DNA of 64,000 nt from positions 74,305-138,304 of the forward strand of contig JACRKG010000054.1 of NCBI GenBank assembly GCA_016215315.1, in the 5' to 3' direction. The stretch's first letter is position 1. Each line of letters starts with the position of its first letter. Below, one piece after another: positions 36,747 through 46,359 of this stretch. This stretch comes from Candidatus Woesearchaeota archaeon. GTDB lineage: Archaea; Nanobdellota; Nanobdellia; Woesearchaeales; ARS49. Below the pieces are notes generated by a model. The model did not search any database and had not been told where the DNA came from. It saw only the letters and a list, made by a program, of their open reading frames with translations. The position numbers were made by a program, and so were the translations under genes.

Positions 36747-37004
36747 GTTTTTCGAGTGTCTTAAAAAATTATTTGCCTTTTTTATGGACTGTCAATGTCG
36801 CCAAAACCGGCAAGAAACTATGCAAACACACTCTGCGTGGCGACCCAAGCTCTGAAAAAACTAGCAGTTCTTAACAATAATTTGAGAAAATCTGGCAATA
36901 TCGAGCTTTAGCTTTTGTAGCCACTGAACAGTGGTTAAAAATAGAAACATTTAAATATTAGTGTCTATTAGTATTACTAAAATTAATATTTTGGAGGAAT
37001 TAAA
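36747..37004 (+). promoter_or_regulatory. Conserved upstream element, copy A (about 240 nt, relatively GC-rich, three conserved stems), ending in a promoter/RBS for 37005
   Basis: Very high identity to 38297..38533. Stems GTCGCCA/TGGCGAC, AAGCTC/GAGCTT and CCACTG/CAGTGG. Confidence 0.6.
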
Positions 37005-37331
37005 ATGGATTTTATTCATAAATATGAGGCATTTAAAGGTCAATTAGTTGAAGCTTGCACTCTTGTTATGGAGGGTGATGAACCAGTTAGTTTTGTTGGG
37101 ACAGTTAATCCTGTGCAACTTAATCCTGCTTCTTTACATCTTCTTGGAGCTGTAAGAGTAGACCAGCTTGAGGACATTATAGTTGATGATTCAGATAATG
37201 AAAATGAACATCTCAAAATGGTATTAGCTACAAAAGGAGAAGGTCATATTCTATCAACCGAACATGTTTGGGGAATGAGATCAATTGATCAAAAAACAGT
37301 AGGAGATTATAAAACAGAAAAAGATTGGTGA
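37005..37331 (+). CDS. Acidic hypothetical protein (108 aa)
   Basis: The RBS ggagg 8 nt upstream; ORF. Confidence 0.4.
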   Translation: MDFIHKYEAFKGQLVEACTLVMEGDEPVSFVGTVNPVQLNPASLHLLGAVRVDQLEDIIVDDSDNENEHLKMVLATKGEGHILSTEHVWGMRSIDQKTVGDYKTEKDW

Positions 37332-37415
37332 ACAAAATGACAAATAAAATACTTAACAAATTATTAGATTACAAAACTGAAATAGTTTTAACATTATTAG
37401 TTTTAGGGGTGCGAT

Positions 37416-37574
37416 ATGCTTGATACAATGGATGCATTATTTTTCATGGACAAATACAAGAAAGAAATAACTGCAGGAGTAATTGCACTATTTGTAGGTT
37501 ATCAATTAATTAGCGATCTTTATTTTACAAATGATAAAGAAACTAGTAAAGCTAAATCACAGGAGAACAAATAA
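37416..37574 (+). CDS. Small membrane protein (52 aa)
   Basis: MLDTMDALFFMDKYKKEITAGVIALFVGYQLI...; ATG inside gcgatATGcttga. Confidence 0.3.
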   Translation: MLDTMDALFFMDKYKKEITAGVIALFVGYQLISDLYFTNDKETSKAKSQENK

Positions 37575-37575
37575 A

Positions 37576-37986
37576 ATGGCTAATGAATTACTTTGTAAAG
37601 CAACTTATCCTTTACTTGGCAATTTGTCAAGTGGTGTTAAAGAAGAAGTAGAAAACTTTCTTGGCAGCGAAAATTTTAGTGCAAGAAATGCAACAGAAGC
37701 ATCTTACTGGACTAATGCAGTGATTTATGCCGGTCTAGGAGTTCACTTAGGAATGGGCACTGATATTAGTGGCATGGGCGCAGTATGTGGTGGTCTTGCA
37801 GGAGCAATGCTTGCAACACTAGAAGGATTTTGCAGAGAAGCGTCTTACAATCATGACATTCAAACTTGGGGTTTAAGCGAAACTGGTGGAAAAACAGCTT
37901 CATTAGTTGGAAAAGTTGTTTCTTTACCTTTAGATGCAATAATGATATTAAATGAAAAAATAAAAGAAAATAAGCGAGGTAAATAA
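37576..37986 (+). CDS. Glycine-zipper small protein (136 aa)
   Basis: GLGVHLGMGTDISGMGAVCGGLAGAMLA. The RBS aggag lies upstream; the ORF-track start at 37531 is less likely. Confidence 0.4.
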   Translation: MANELLCKATYPLLGNLSSGVKEEVENFLGSENFSARNATEASYWTNAVIYAGLGVHLGMGTDISGMGAVCGGLAGAMLATLEGFCREASYNHDIQTWGLSETGGKTASLVGKVVSLPLDAIMILNEKIKENKRGK

Positions 37987-37988
37987 AA

Positions 37989-38192
37989 ATGTATAAACAA
38001 AACGAAAGTCCTTATGTTAGGCCTTCATTTTTGGCTATGTTTTTTGGGGATGTTTTAGGTGGTTTGGAAGCTACTGTAGACAAAGAATCTGTGGAACAAC
38101 CAACTGGAAAAGTGGACGAAAGACAGAATCAAATGAAGATAAAAGGAAACCAAATAAGAAAAGTTCATGTAAGCTATCATAAGAAAGGCTGA
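37989..38192 (+). CDS. Small hypothetical protein (67 aa)
   Basis: Tightly coupled to the upstream gene. Confidence 0.3.
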   Translation: MYKQNESPYVRPSFLAMFFGDVLGGLEATVDKESVEQPTGKVDERQNQMKIKGNQIRKVHVSYHKKG

Positions 38193-38296
38193 TTTTTTTA
38201 TTTCTTTTTGCTAATTATTGTAAAAATCAGGTTTTTAAATTTCTTAGTATGTTGAAAGGTCGTACTTATTGATTTATTGTCCTTTCTAAAGGTCAT

Positions 38297-38533
38297 GTTT
38301 TTGAAGTGCCTTAAAAAAATCATTTGCCTCTTTTTTATGGACTGTTAATGTCGCCAAAACCAGCAAGAAACTCTGCAAACACACTCTGCGTGGCGACCCA
38401 AGCTCTGAAAGTACTAGAAGTTCTTGATATCTATTCAAAAACATTTGGCAATATCAAGCTTTAGCTTTTGTAGCCACTTATCAGTGGTAAATAAACGAAA
38501 CATTTATATACTAGTACATACTAATATTACTAC
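38297..38533 (+). promoter_or_regulatory. Conserved upstream element, copy B; its 3' end carries TTTATATA at -31..-24 of the ATG at 38534, implying a leaderless promoter
   Basis: High identity to 36747..37004. Confidence 0.6.
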
Positions 38534-39049
38534 ATGCAAGTGGTAAAAATAGGTTTAGGATTAGTAATTGCTTTCCTGTTCTTTTTTGCAGGATGGCAAC
38601 TGAATGATTCTTCTAGTGGTGTTTACGCTCAAGAAATAGCACAACCACAAAACATTCAAAAAATCACATTAACAGATAGAGAAAAACCTTCACCACAAGA
38701 CTGGATTAAAGAAGACCAAATACATGTTTATTCTGACAAAATAGTAATTGATTTACCTAACGCTAGATGGGCTAAATTTACTGACACAAATTCAATGGAC
38801 CCAGTATTTGATGCTGGAAGCAATGCAATACAAGTAATTCCAGAAAAAGCAGAACAATTAGCTGTTGGAGACATAATTACTTACCAATCAAAATACTTGA
38901 AAGAAGGAGTAATCCATAGAATTGTAGAAATCAATGAAGACGAACAAGGCTGGTATGCAATAGTAAAAGGAGACAATAACGATGCTCAAGATCCAGAAAG
39001 AGTAAGATTTGAACAAATAAAAAAAGTACTTGTTGGAGTGTTGTACTAA
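38534..39049 (+). CDS. Secreted or membrane-anchored hypothetical protein, first gene of a long operon
   Basis: Signal-peptide-like KIGLGLVIAFLFFFAGWQL. Confidence 0.45.
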   Translation: MQVVKIGLGLVIAFLFFFAGWQLNDSSSGVYAQEIAQPQNIQKITLTDREKPSPQDWIKEDQIHVYSDKIVIDLPNARWAKFTDTNSMDPVFDAGSNAIQVIPEKAEQLAVGDIITYQSKYLKEGVIHRIVEINEDEQGWYAIVKGDNNDAQDPERVRFEQIKKVLVGVLY

Positions 39050-39398
39050 AATGAAACTATGCAGCAGAGATCTAGATTTTTATGCAAGATTGTATGAACA
39101 GCTTAAACCTTCATCTGAAAATATTGCACAATCTGTTGCTGAATTAAATGTTAAATCTTTTTTGGAAAATCTGTTAACGCAAGCTAGCTTAACAACTCCT
39201 GAAGGAAAAGTTGTTCTTGATTTAGTTGTTCCTAAAGAAAATTTAGAAGATGAATTAACCGTATTGTCTCGCAAAAATTATCAAAATTTAACGTTCAAAG
39301 AATTAAAAGAAAAAGATCCAGAAATGTACTACAAACTTATGTTTGATTTATGGTACATAAAAGAATCTGGAGAAATAAAAGAAATAATGAGGTTTTAG
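39030..39398 (+). CDS. Hypothetical protein
   Basis: Overlapping and translationally coupled. Confidence 0.4.
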   Translation: MLECCTKMKLCSRDLDFYARLYEQLKPSSENIAQSVAELNVKSFLENLLTQASLTTPEGKVVLDLVVPKENLEDELTVLSRKNYQNLTFKELKEKDPEMYYKLMFDLWYIKESGEIKEIMRF

Positions 39399-39409
39399 GA
39401 GGTTAGTAA

Positions 39410-40015
39410 ATGAATAAGTCCTTACTAGAAAAATTAAGTAATGATGCGCTAGTAGATCGAGCCATCCAAATTGGAGACAGAACAGGTTATATGGCTTCTT
39501 TTTTTACTGGAGGTTTATTTAGTTTAGAACAATTGCATAATTTATTTGAAGAAATAAAGATTTCAGGACAAGCTCACGAAAAATCCAAATTCTTAGAGTT
39601 AGGTTCTGGTAATGGTGTTGTAGCGATACTGGCAGCAAGTGCAGGATTTGAGTCATACGGAATAGATATTAATAAAGACTTAGTTGGTTTATCCGGAGAA
39701 TTTTTAGAACAGCTCAAAAGAGAAGGAGCAGTTCCAGATGGTCTTCTTTGTAGGTTTGTTGCGGGTGATTATTCTGCAGAAAGAAGAGCAGCTTATGATG
39801 AGCTAGGAATAAAATTTTCTGAAATAGATGTTTTTTACGCTTTCAATACTTTTGAAGAATTAAAGAAAATTTATGAAATGTTTGAAAAACACTCAAAAAA
39901 TTCAGCAAGACTAATACATCCAGGAATCGGAGTTTTAGATTTCATTAGATCGAATTTTGAAAACTTAGAAGCAACAGAAACTGGAAATTTTACAGTTATT
40001 AATAAAAAAGGATAA
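39410..40015 (+). CDS. Class I SAM-dependent methyltransferase
   Basis: Motif I LELGSGNGVVAILAA and an acidic residue after beta-2 (YGIDIN). Confidence 0.55.
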   Translation: MNKSLLEKLSNDALVDRAIQIGDRTGYMASFFTGGLFSLEQLHNLFEEIKISGQAHEKSKFLELGSGNGVVAILAASAGFESYGIDINKDLVGLSGEFLEQLKREGAVPDGLLCRFVAGDYSAERRAAYDELGIKFSEIDVFYAFNTFEELKKIYEMFEKHSKNSARLIHPGIGVLDFIRSNFENLEATETGNFTVINKKG

Positions 40016-40020
40016 AGAAA

Positions 40021-40686
40021 ATGAACGAACAAACACTTGATACGAGAATGGTGAAAGATTGGAAAGAGGTTCTACCTGTTGTAAGACCGTTCTATGAGGG
40101 TTTTTTTGGTGAGAAAGTTCCTGAAGATTTGAGTATTGAGATGGTTCCTTTTGAGGAATTAGTTGCTCATGGTATGAGTAATATTTTAACTGGTGAAATG
40201 AAGCTTGCAATTCAAAGTATGCGTGAAGTGGCCAAGACATTTTTTCATGAAAGAGCACATTACTTATTCGAACAAAATTCTGGACTCGGTGTAAAACACA
40301 GACAAAATAGTGTTAGTGCTCGTACAGGCACGCCTGAAGAGTTATCTTTTTTTGACAATCTCACACTAAAACCTTTTTGGCGTCATTTATTCTTAGAAGA
40401 ATGTGTTGCTTATACTGTTGAGGCAGTATTTGCATTTCAAAATTCTGCAAAAAGCATGCCTGAAGAAGATAAAATATCATTAAAGTCAGATTCAAATTTT
40501 GTTATTGATAATTATGTGAATAAATACAGTGTTAAAAAATTACGAGAAGGAGTAGAAGAGCGTCATGAATGCATAATCATTGGTGCTTACTTAGGAGACA
40601 AATACAAAAACGATCCACAATTATGGTCAAAACTAAAACAATTACGAACTTTAGATGACTTGAGGAGGTTAGTGAATGACTCTTAA
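40021..40686 (+). CDS. HExxH-motif protein (putative minimal zinc metallopeptidase), module 1
   Basis: FFHERAHYLFE, with a downstream glutamate (FLEECVAY). Paralogous to 42468..43166. Confidence 0.5.
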   Translation: MNEQTLDTRMVKDWKEVLPVVRPFYEGFFGEKVPEDLSIEMVPFEELVAHGMSNILTGEMKLAIQSMREVAKTFFHERAHYLFEQNSGLGVKHRQNSVSARTGTPEELSFFDNLTLKPFWRHLFLEECVAYTVEAVFAFQNSAKSMPEEDKISLKSDSNFVIDNYVNKYSVKKLREGVEERHECIIIGAYLGDKYKNDPQLWSKLKQLRTLDDLRRLVNDS

Positions 40687-41176
40687 AACAAGACTAAAAT
40701 GTATTGCAGCAAATAAATTCACATTAATAGGTTATGCTGCGCCAGTTGTTACTTTTGGAATGATGTGCAATACGGATAGTTATTTATTGATTGCCATTGA
40801 AGCAATTGTTGGAAGTGTTATGGGAGTATATGCAGTAGACGCCACAGTTGGGGGAAGAGTAACACAAACAGTATATGAAGAAACAAAAAAATTAATTCAA
40901 GAGACCGGGAAAATTGATGATAACTTTCAGAGATATCAAGGAAGAGCTTATTGTGAAGAAACAGGAATGTACTTGGCAGCAAGAGAATTAGGTGTTCGAG
41001 ATCAGTTAGAGAAAAGAAATGGATTAGAAGCATTTACCCGAGCTTTATTTTGGCATTTTGGTTTTATCAGATATTATGATGAGCCTAGAAGAGAAAAAAT
41101 AAGACAACAATTGAACGAATCAGATAATCTTGATTTACCAAATGGAATAGCACAAATGGTGGAGGATTCACAATGA
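40676..41176 (+). CDS. Hypothetical protein
   Basis: Coupled ORF. Confidence 0.4.
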   Translation: MTLKTRLKCIAANKFTLIGYAAPVVTFGMMCNTDSYLLIAIEAIVGSVMGVYAVDATVGGRVTQTVYEETKKLIQETGKIDDNFQRYQGRAYCEETGMYLAARELGVRDQLEKRNGLEAFTRALFWHFGFIRYYDEPRREKIRQQLNESDNLDLPNGIAQMVEDSQ

Positions 41177-41721
41177 ACGCAGATGTTGAATCAATCCAAG
41201 AATTATGCAGAACATACAAACCATTATGGGAGAAAACATTAATTGAAAGACACTTTCAAGGACAAAATCCTTTACGATCAAAAGGAGTTTGCGGACTAGC
41301 TACGCACATTTTAGGAAATCAGTTATCAAAACATTATTTAATTATGGATCAAGTAAGTAGGGGTGAAAAAATAACTGGAGATAATAGTGGAATAATTATT
41401 TGGGGTTTAGATTATCCTGGTTTTTTTAATCAACACACTTTTTTAGTAATAAGCGACATTATAGTTGATGGAGCATTCCACCAGTACATGGATGCATTTA
41501 ATTTAGCTCACGAAGAACCGAATGATATCTTAGTAGTTCCTTATTCAAGACTTGATGAAAAAGTTGAAGAAATGGTTTCTAAATCAAGAGGAGAATTACC
41601 TCAAGGAGTTAGAGATTTAGAACACTTAAAGCGCGGCCTAAGAAGTATTTGGGATTACAAAATACCTCATTCATATGTTAGAGAATTTCATGGTAAAAGA
41701 GGCTCTCGAAATGAATCCTAA
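41173..41721 (+). CDS. Hypothetical protein with a Cys...His...Asp arrangement reminiscent of transglutaminase-like or papain-like peptidases (weak)
   Basis: KGVCGLATH ... HTFLVISD ... DGAFH. Confidence 0.3.
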   Translation: MNADVESIQELCRTYKPLWEKTLIERHFQGQNPLRSKGVCGLATHILGNQLSKHYLIMDQVSRGEKITGDNSGIIIWGLDYPGFFNQHTFLVISDIIVDGAFHQYMDAFNLAHEEPNDILVVPYSRLDEKVEEMVSKSRGELPQGVRDLEHLKRGLRSIWDYKIPHSYVREFHGKRGSRNES

Positions 41722-42484
41722 TACTGAAGAACTTATAACAGCATTAACTGACTCAGTTTATTTAGAGCGCTCAATGATTGCTGGCACACTTAGTACTGGT
41801 TTTCATCCTTCAATTGTGGGTTTTGACAGAAAATTAGGAAGTCGGGGAAATACTTGCAGACACTTCAAATTAGGATGTCAATGCAGAGCAGTCAGAGAAA
41901 TGCGCAACGAACTACAACACTTAATCAGTCAAGGAATACTAAAACAAGGAAATAAAATTTTGGAATTAGGATCAGCAAATGGATTAATGACGATGCTTTT
42001 TGCAAGTGTTGGATTAAACGCTTACGGGATTGAAATAAATGAAAAATTAGTTAGATTAGCTCACGAAAAATTAGAAGAGTTAAGAAGTAAAGGTTTAATG
42101 CCAGAAAATGTTTATTGCAAATTTGGTAAAGGAAGTTATTACTTAGAAGACTTAGTTAGTGAAAAAGAAAAAAAAGAATTAGTTGAAGGCTTAGGAAGAC
42201 AAGATCCTGCAGTAATATTTCCATTCAGAGAAGGAAACCCATACCAACAATTAGGAATAAATTTTGGAGATTTAGATGTAATTTACGGATTTTTATGGGA
42301 CGAAGATGAAATGAACGTTTGGAAATTATTCGCCAAACACGCAAAACAAAATGCAAAATTATTACACTTAAAAGTAGGAAGAGTAAACGCGTTAGACTTA
42401 ATGGACTTAGGACTAACAACAAGATATGTAGAACTTCCTGCATACTCGAAAACGAATCTTTATTTAATTGAGAAGAGGATATAA
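41711..42484 (+). CDS. Class I SAM-dependent methyltransferase, paralog of 39410..40015
   Basis: ILELGSANGLMTMLFA ... YGIEIN; start chosen at ATG 41711 (the ORF track gives 41675). Confidence 0.55.
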   Translation: MNPNTEELITALTDSVYLERSMIAGTLSTGFHPSIVGFDRKLGSRGNTCRHFKLGCQCRAVREMRNELQHLISQGILKQGNKILELGSANGLMTMLFASVGLNAYGIEINEKLVRLAHEKLEELRSKGLMPENVYCKFGKGSYYLEDLVSEKEKKELVEGLGRQDPAVIFPFREGNPYQQLGINFGDLDVIYGFLWDEDEMNVWKLFAKHAKQNAKLLHLKVGRVNALDLMDLGLTTRYVELPAYSKTNLYLIEKRI

Positions 42485-43166
42485 AATGATAAATCGAACA
42501 ACAAATACGGAAGTAGTGAAAGACTGGAGAGAAGTTGTACCTATTGTTGAGCCTTTTTATGAAAGATTTACTGGAGAAGAAATACCTAACTTGGAAAACA
42601 TTGTTGGGTTGTTCTCTGAACAAGAGCGATCTGATCACCCTGAAATTTTAGGAATTTGTAAGTTTAATTCGGAATCTAAAAATATAAAACTAGCATTATG
42701 TAGTTTTGAAATAACTGCACACAATTTATTTCATGAATTACTACATAGAGCTTATGAACTTGAACATGAATTGACTTTAAAATACAAATCGGCAGCCTCA
42801 AAGAATAATAATTGTAGTAAAGATGAGAGAAAAAAGGCAAAAAAAGAATTTCATAAAATAATCTTTTTGCATGAATGTGTTGCTTACGCAGGATCTTTTG
42901 TTTTTAACTCACTTTTTTTAAACAATAAAGGAGAATATGAAGATCCAAAATACCAAGTTTTTCCTTCAATAGGAAGCGCAAGACAAGCGTTTCTTTTAGC
43001 TGAACTGGAATTGGAAAAAGAACTACCCGGTTTCGAAACTAGAGTTATGTATACTAGGCAAATAGGTGTGTATATTTCAGCAAAATACCAAAACGATCCA
43101 CAATTATGGTCTAAACTAAAACAATTACGAACTCTTAATGATTTAAGGAGGTTAGTCGATGGCTAA
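42468..43166 (+). CDS. HExxH-motif protein, module 2
   Basis: LFHELLHRAYELEHE and FLHECVAYAG. The last 70 nt are about 90% identical to the 3' end of 40021..40686. Confidence 0.5.
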   Translation: MRRGYKMINRTTNTEVVKDWREVVPIVEPFYERFTGEEIPNLENIVGLFSEQERSDHPEILGICKFNSESKNIKLALCSFEITAHNLFHELLHRAYELEHELTLKYKSAASKNNNCSKDERKKAKKEFHKIIFLHECVAYAGSFVFNSLFLNNKGEYEDPKYQVFPSIGSARQAFLLAELELEKELPGFETRVMYTRQIGVYISAKYQNDPQLWSKLKQLRTLNDLRRLVDG

Positions 43167-44133
43167 AATAAACATTCCTGAATTTGCCAGATATGTAGAA
43201 AATTATATTGCCTATTCTTTTGATAGAGAAAATTTTTTGATGAGACTTGTTGAAGAATCTTTAAGCACTCCTTACCAAAAAGAAGGTGTTTGTTTTTGTC
43301 ATAACACTGAATTAGCTTTACGCTTACTAAAAACAGGTTATGACTCGTTGCGTGATGTAAGATCAAGAGATTATTCGATAGCAGTTGCTAAAGCAATGCA
43401 AGAATTCGCAGAACCATTTCCTAGCGGAGATTATAATTTGTGTTATCCGCACTTCTTACTACATGGACTTGAACTAGGAACTTTAGAAGGAGTTGTTGGC
43501 AAGATCAGAAATAATTCTAGAATAATTCATGAAACTTTAGCAATAAGAGCTAAAGTTGCTCACGAGTATGATGTTAAAGAATTTGTTCCAGTTAAAGGAG
43601 TTGAAATGCCTGTAGACCCAAATAATGGCGCGCATTTTGTTGAAGGGTTTCATACCGCTTTAAGCACGGCATTTTGTTACGGTTTGTGTGAAGACTTTTT
43701 TGGAATTACTTTAGCATTAGGAAAACAATGCTCAGGTCATCCACGTGGGTCAAATTATATTGTGAAAGTTAGCTTTTTTTTAGACACAACAAAAAAAGAA
43801 ATTTACATAATAACAATTCAAGGGAAACAATTTAGCGAAGGAATGAACAACGAAGTCGTGAGAGTTAAAAATGAAAAATTCTGGGGAATGTTAACGACAA
43901 GATTAGGAACAAGTCCCAGAACTTTCTTACTGAAAAAAGTAATGGAGTGGGGAAAACAAAACGGTTATGAAAGAATCAAAGTAATAAGAGCTAAAGATCA
44001 CCCGTTAACAATAGAACAACACAAAGGATTCTTAGCAAATTACGAACCAGTAGTAATCAAGGCAGGAATAAATCAAGAAAATGGATGTTATTTAGAAGCA
44101 AAACTAGAGAATATGGTGAACGAAAATGAATGA
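43159..44133 (+). CDS. Hypothetical protein (324 aa)
   Basis: Coupled ORF. Confidence 0.4.
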   Translation: MAKINIPEFARYVENYIAYSFDRENFLMRLVEESLSTPYQKEGVCFCHNTELALRLLKTGYDSLRDVRSRDYSIAVAKAMQEFAEPFPSGDYNLCYPHFLLHGLELGTLEGVVGKIRNNSRIIHETLAIRAKVAHEYDVKEFVPVKGVEMPVDPNNGAHFVEGFHTALSTAFCYGLCEDFFGITLALGKQCSGHPRGSNYIVKVSFFLDTTKKEIYIITIQGKQFSEGMNNEVVRVKNEKFWGMLTTRLGTSPRTFLLKKVMEWGKQNGYERIKVIRAKDHPLTIEQHKGFLANYEPVVIKAGINQENGCYLEAKLENMVNENE

Positions 44134-44476
44134 CCTAGAACTCTACAATCAATCAAAAACTGAAATAAAGAATTTAGAAAAATACATTCCTTTAGCTCAC
44201 GATCTCTTAGAAACCAGATTGACGCCCAACGATAGACGGGCGGTTGAGGAAGGTTTGTTAATTATGGAAATGGATTTAAAACATGAACAAAGCACTATTG
44301 AACGATTAACGCAAGAAATGTTTGAACAAATAGCAACAGAAACAGTTATTGATCAAGAAGAAATCAATACAGAAGAAATTGATGACTGGCTAAAGCAAGA
44401 CGCTGAAACTTTCCAAAAGTTATTGCAAGAAATTTATTTAGAATTAGAAGATTTAAGAGGGAAATACAAAAAATGA
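44126..44476 (+). CDS. Acidic helical hypothetical protein
   Basis: Coupled ORF. Confidence 0.4.
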   Translation: MNDLELYNQSKTEIKNLEKYIPLAHDLLETRLTPNDRRAVEEGLLIMEMDLKHEQSTIERLTQEMFEQIATETVIDQEEINTEEIDDWLKQDAETFQKLLQEIYLELEDLRGKYKK

Positions 44477-45123
44477 AACTCCCTGATTTTATGGAAGCGA
44501 AAGCGGAAGTGAAAAGAATAAATCGTTATATTACATTAGGTGAAAGTCTTTTAGAAAAAAGTTTGAGTGATGAAGAACATTCTTATGTTACCAATAATAT
44601 TGAGTTTTTAAGAGAAAAATTGGTTTGCTATGAAGAAGTAGTTGAATGTTCTAGAGATAAATTTTTTATAGATGCACAAATAGTCGGTGAAGGAGACAAT
44701 CCTTTAAGCATAGAAAACCTAGTTAAAGAAGATGTTAGTTCTTTAGAATGGAGAGTGAGAATTTCCTCTTCAATGAAAAAATTCTTTTCAGGAATAGCCT
44801 ATTTACACATTCCTTTCTTAGGAAAAAAAGCAGAAAATTTAGCAAACTTTTACGAAGAAAGAAAACAACTCTATGAAATAAGATTGCGAAGTGTTAAAAG
44901 CGCAAAATCACTTCAAAAATTACAAGAAGAAAGAAAAAAAGAAAATTATGAAACCATAAAAAAAGAATGCAAAGAAAAAAACATTAAGACTGATGAAGAA
45001 TCATTAGAAAGATTCTCAGAAAATCCTTTACTGTTGATTTATTCTGCTTTTGAATCACTGAATGAATTATACCAAGATCCTTTGAGTGGAGAATATGATT
45101 ATTTGAGGCCTGAAGATGACTAA
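44473..45123 (+). CDS. Hypothetical protein
   Basis: Coupled ORF. Confidence 0.4.
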   Translation: MKLPDFMEAKAEVKRINRYITLGESLLEKSLSDEEHSYVTNNIEFLREKLVCYEEVVECSRDKFFIDAQIVGEGDNPLSIENLVKEDVSSLEWRVRISSSMKKFFSGIAYLHIPFLGKKAENLANFYEERKQLYEIRLRSVKSAKSLQKLQEERKKENYETIKKECKEKNIKTDEESLERFSENPLLLIYSAFESLNELYQDPLSGEYDYLRPEDD

Positions 45124-45820
45124 GCTTTACAAAACAAAATATACTTTAGGAAGTTATGCTGACTTATTTATGAGCGCACCTATTGGTGTTGCTAGAGGTG
45201 TTTCTAAGGCTACTGGTTGTTTATGTGACAAACTTAATTATGAAACTCCTGAATTCTTTAATTGGGAAAAAACAACACAAAACAGTCCAACATACAAAGC
45301 AAGACAATCTTTAAGAGAAAAATTAGATACTGAACCAGGAGTTAAATTCTTACAAAGCAATTTGTTGTCAGTTCCTCCATTTTTTTTAATAGGAATGCCT
45401 GCAGCAGAAGGAATGCATGTTTTAATACAAAAACACATGGGGCAAACACCAGAAATAGTTCAGTATGTAACAAACTCTTTAGGAACATTACTGGCACAAA
45501 TGATTACAGGATATCTTACTTTTATGATTGGAGAAGTTTACTCAAACAAACAAAAATACGTTAATGAAAACGGTAAATTAAGTGCCAAAAAAATAGGTAA
45601 AGGAGTTTTGACTGCACTTAAAACATTTTTAACATTTGATTTATCTTATATCGGAATGAAAACAGCAGGACAATCAACAATGCTTGCTTTAGGAAAATCT
45701 CCCGCAATGGCATCAGCACTAACAGACTTAATGGCATTTCCCGCATATTGGAGCATAGCAATACCTTTAGGACTAAAAAAAGGATTGATTCAAGCGAGAA
45801 AACCAAAGGAGGAAAAATGA
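45116..45820 (+). CDS. Membrane protein
   Basis: Several hydrophobic helices. Confidence 0.4.
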   Translation: MTKLYKTKYTLGSYADLFMSAPIGVARGVSKATGCLCDKLNYETPEFFNWEKTTQNSPTYKARQSLREKLDTEPGVKFLQSNLLSVPPFFLIGMPAAEGMHVLIQKHMGQTPEIVQYVTNSLGTLLAQMITGYLTFMIGEVYSNKQKYVNENGKLSAKKIGKGVLTALKTFLTFDLSYIGMKTAGQSTMLALGKSPAMASALTDLMAFPAYWSIAIPLGLKKGLIQARKPKEEK

Positions 45821-46359
45821 AAATTCCCGATTACAGAAAAGAAATATTGAACAAGAAAATTCAAGAATTAAAAGAAAAATATGGAGAAATTAATTTGGAT
45901 TCTTTAGACAGAATCGGAAGAGATTCTGGTTTTAGCGAAGTTATTCACGTTCCTTACTTAAGATTATGGGGGGCAGTTGGGGAGGATAAGGATAGTAATG
46001 GGGTAGTTCTATACTCTGGAATTTTACCACTTGCAAAAAAACTAGACTTAGCCTACCAATTAGCACCCACACTTTTAGAAGAAGAACAAAAATACCAAAA
46101 TGAAAAAGAAAGAGTGATAGAAATATATTATTTTGTAAAAAAATTATTAGGAACGAATTGGATTGCTTCAAGATCTTTAACCTTGCTCGATGAAATACCT
46201 TCATTAGCAGTTTACATGAGTTACCCTTGGATCAATGTTTTCCTTGGCCTTCCTGTAAAGAAATTACGAGAATCAAAAGAATTATTCAAGGCCAAGGAAA
46301 ACAGAATAAAAGAATTAGGACTGGAACATTTGATTAATGAAGAGGTAATGCCTGAATGA
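45817..46359 (+). CDS. Hypothetical protein
   Basis: ATGA overlap with the upstream stop and the RBS aaggagg; the ORF-track start at 45748 is less likely. Confidence 0.4.
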   Translation: MKIPDYRKEILNKKIQELKEKYGEINLDSLDRIGRDSGFSEVIHVPYLRLWGAVGEDKDSNGVVLYSGILPLAKKLDLAYQLAPTLLEEEQKYQNEKERVIEIYYFVKKLLGTNWIASRSLTLLDEIPSLAVYMSYPWINVFLGLPVKKLRESKELFKAKENRIKELGLEHLINEEVMPE

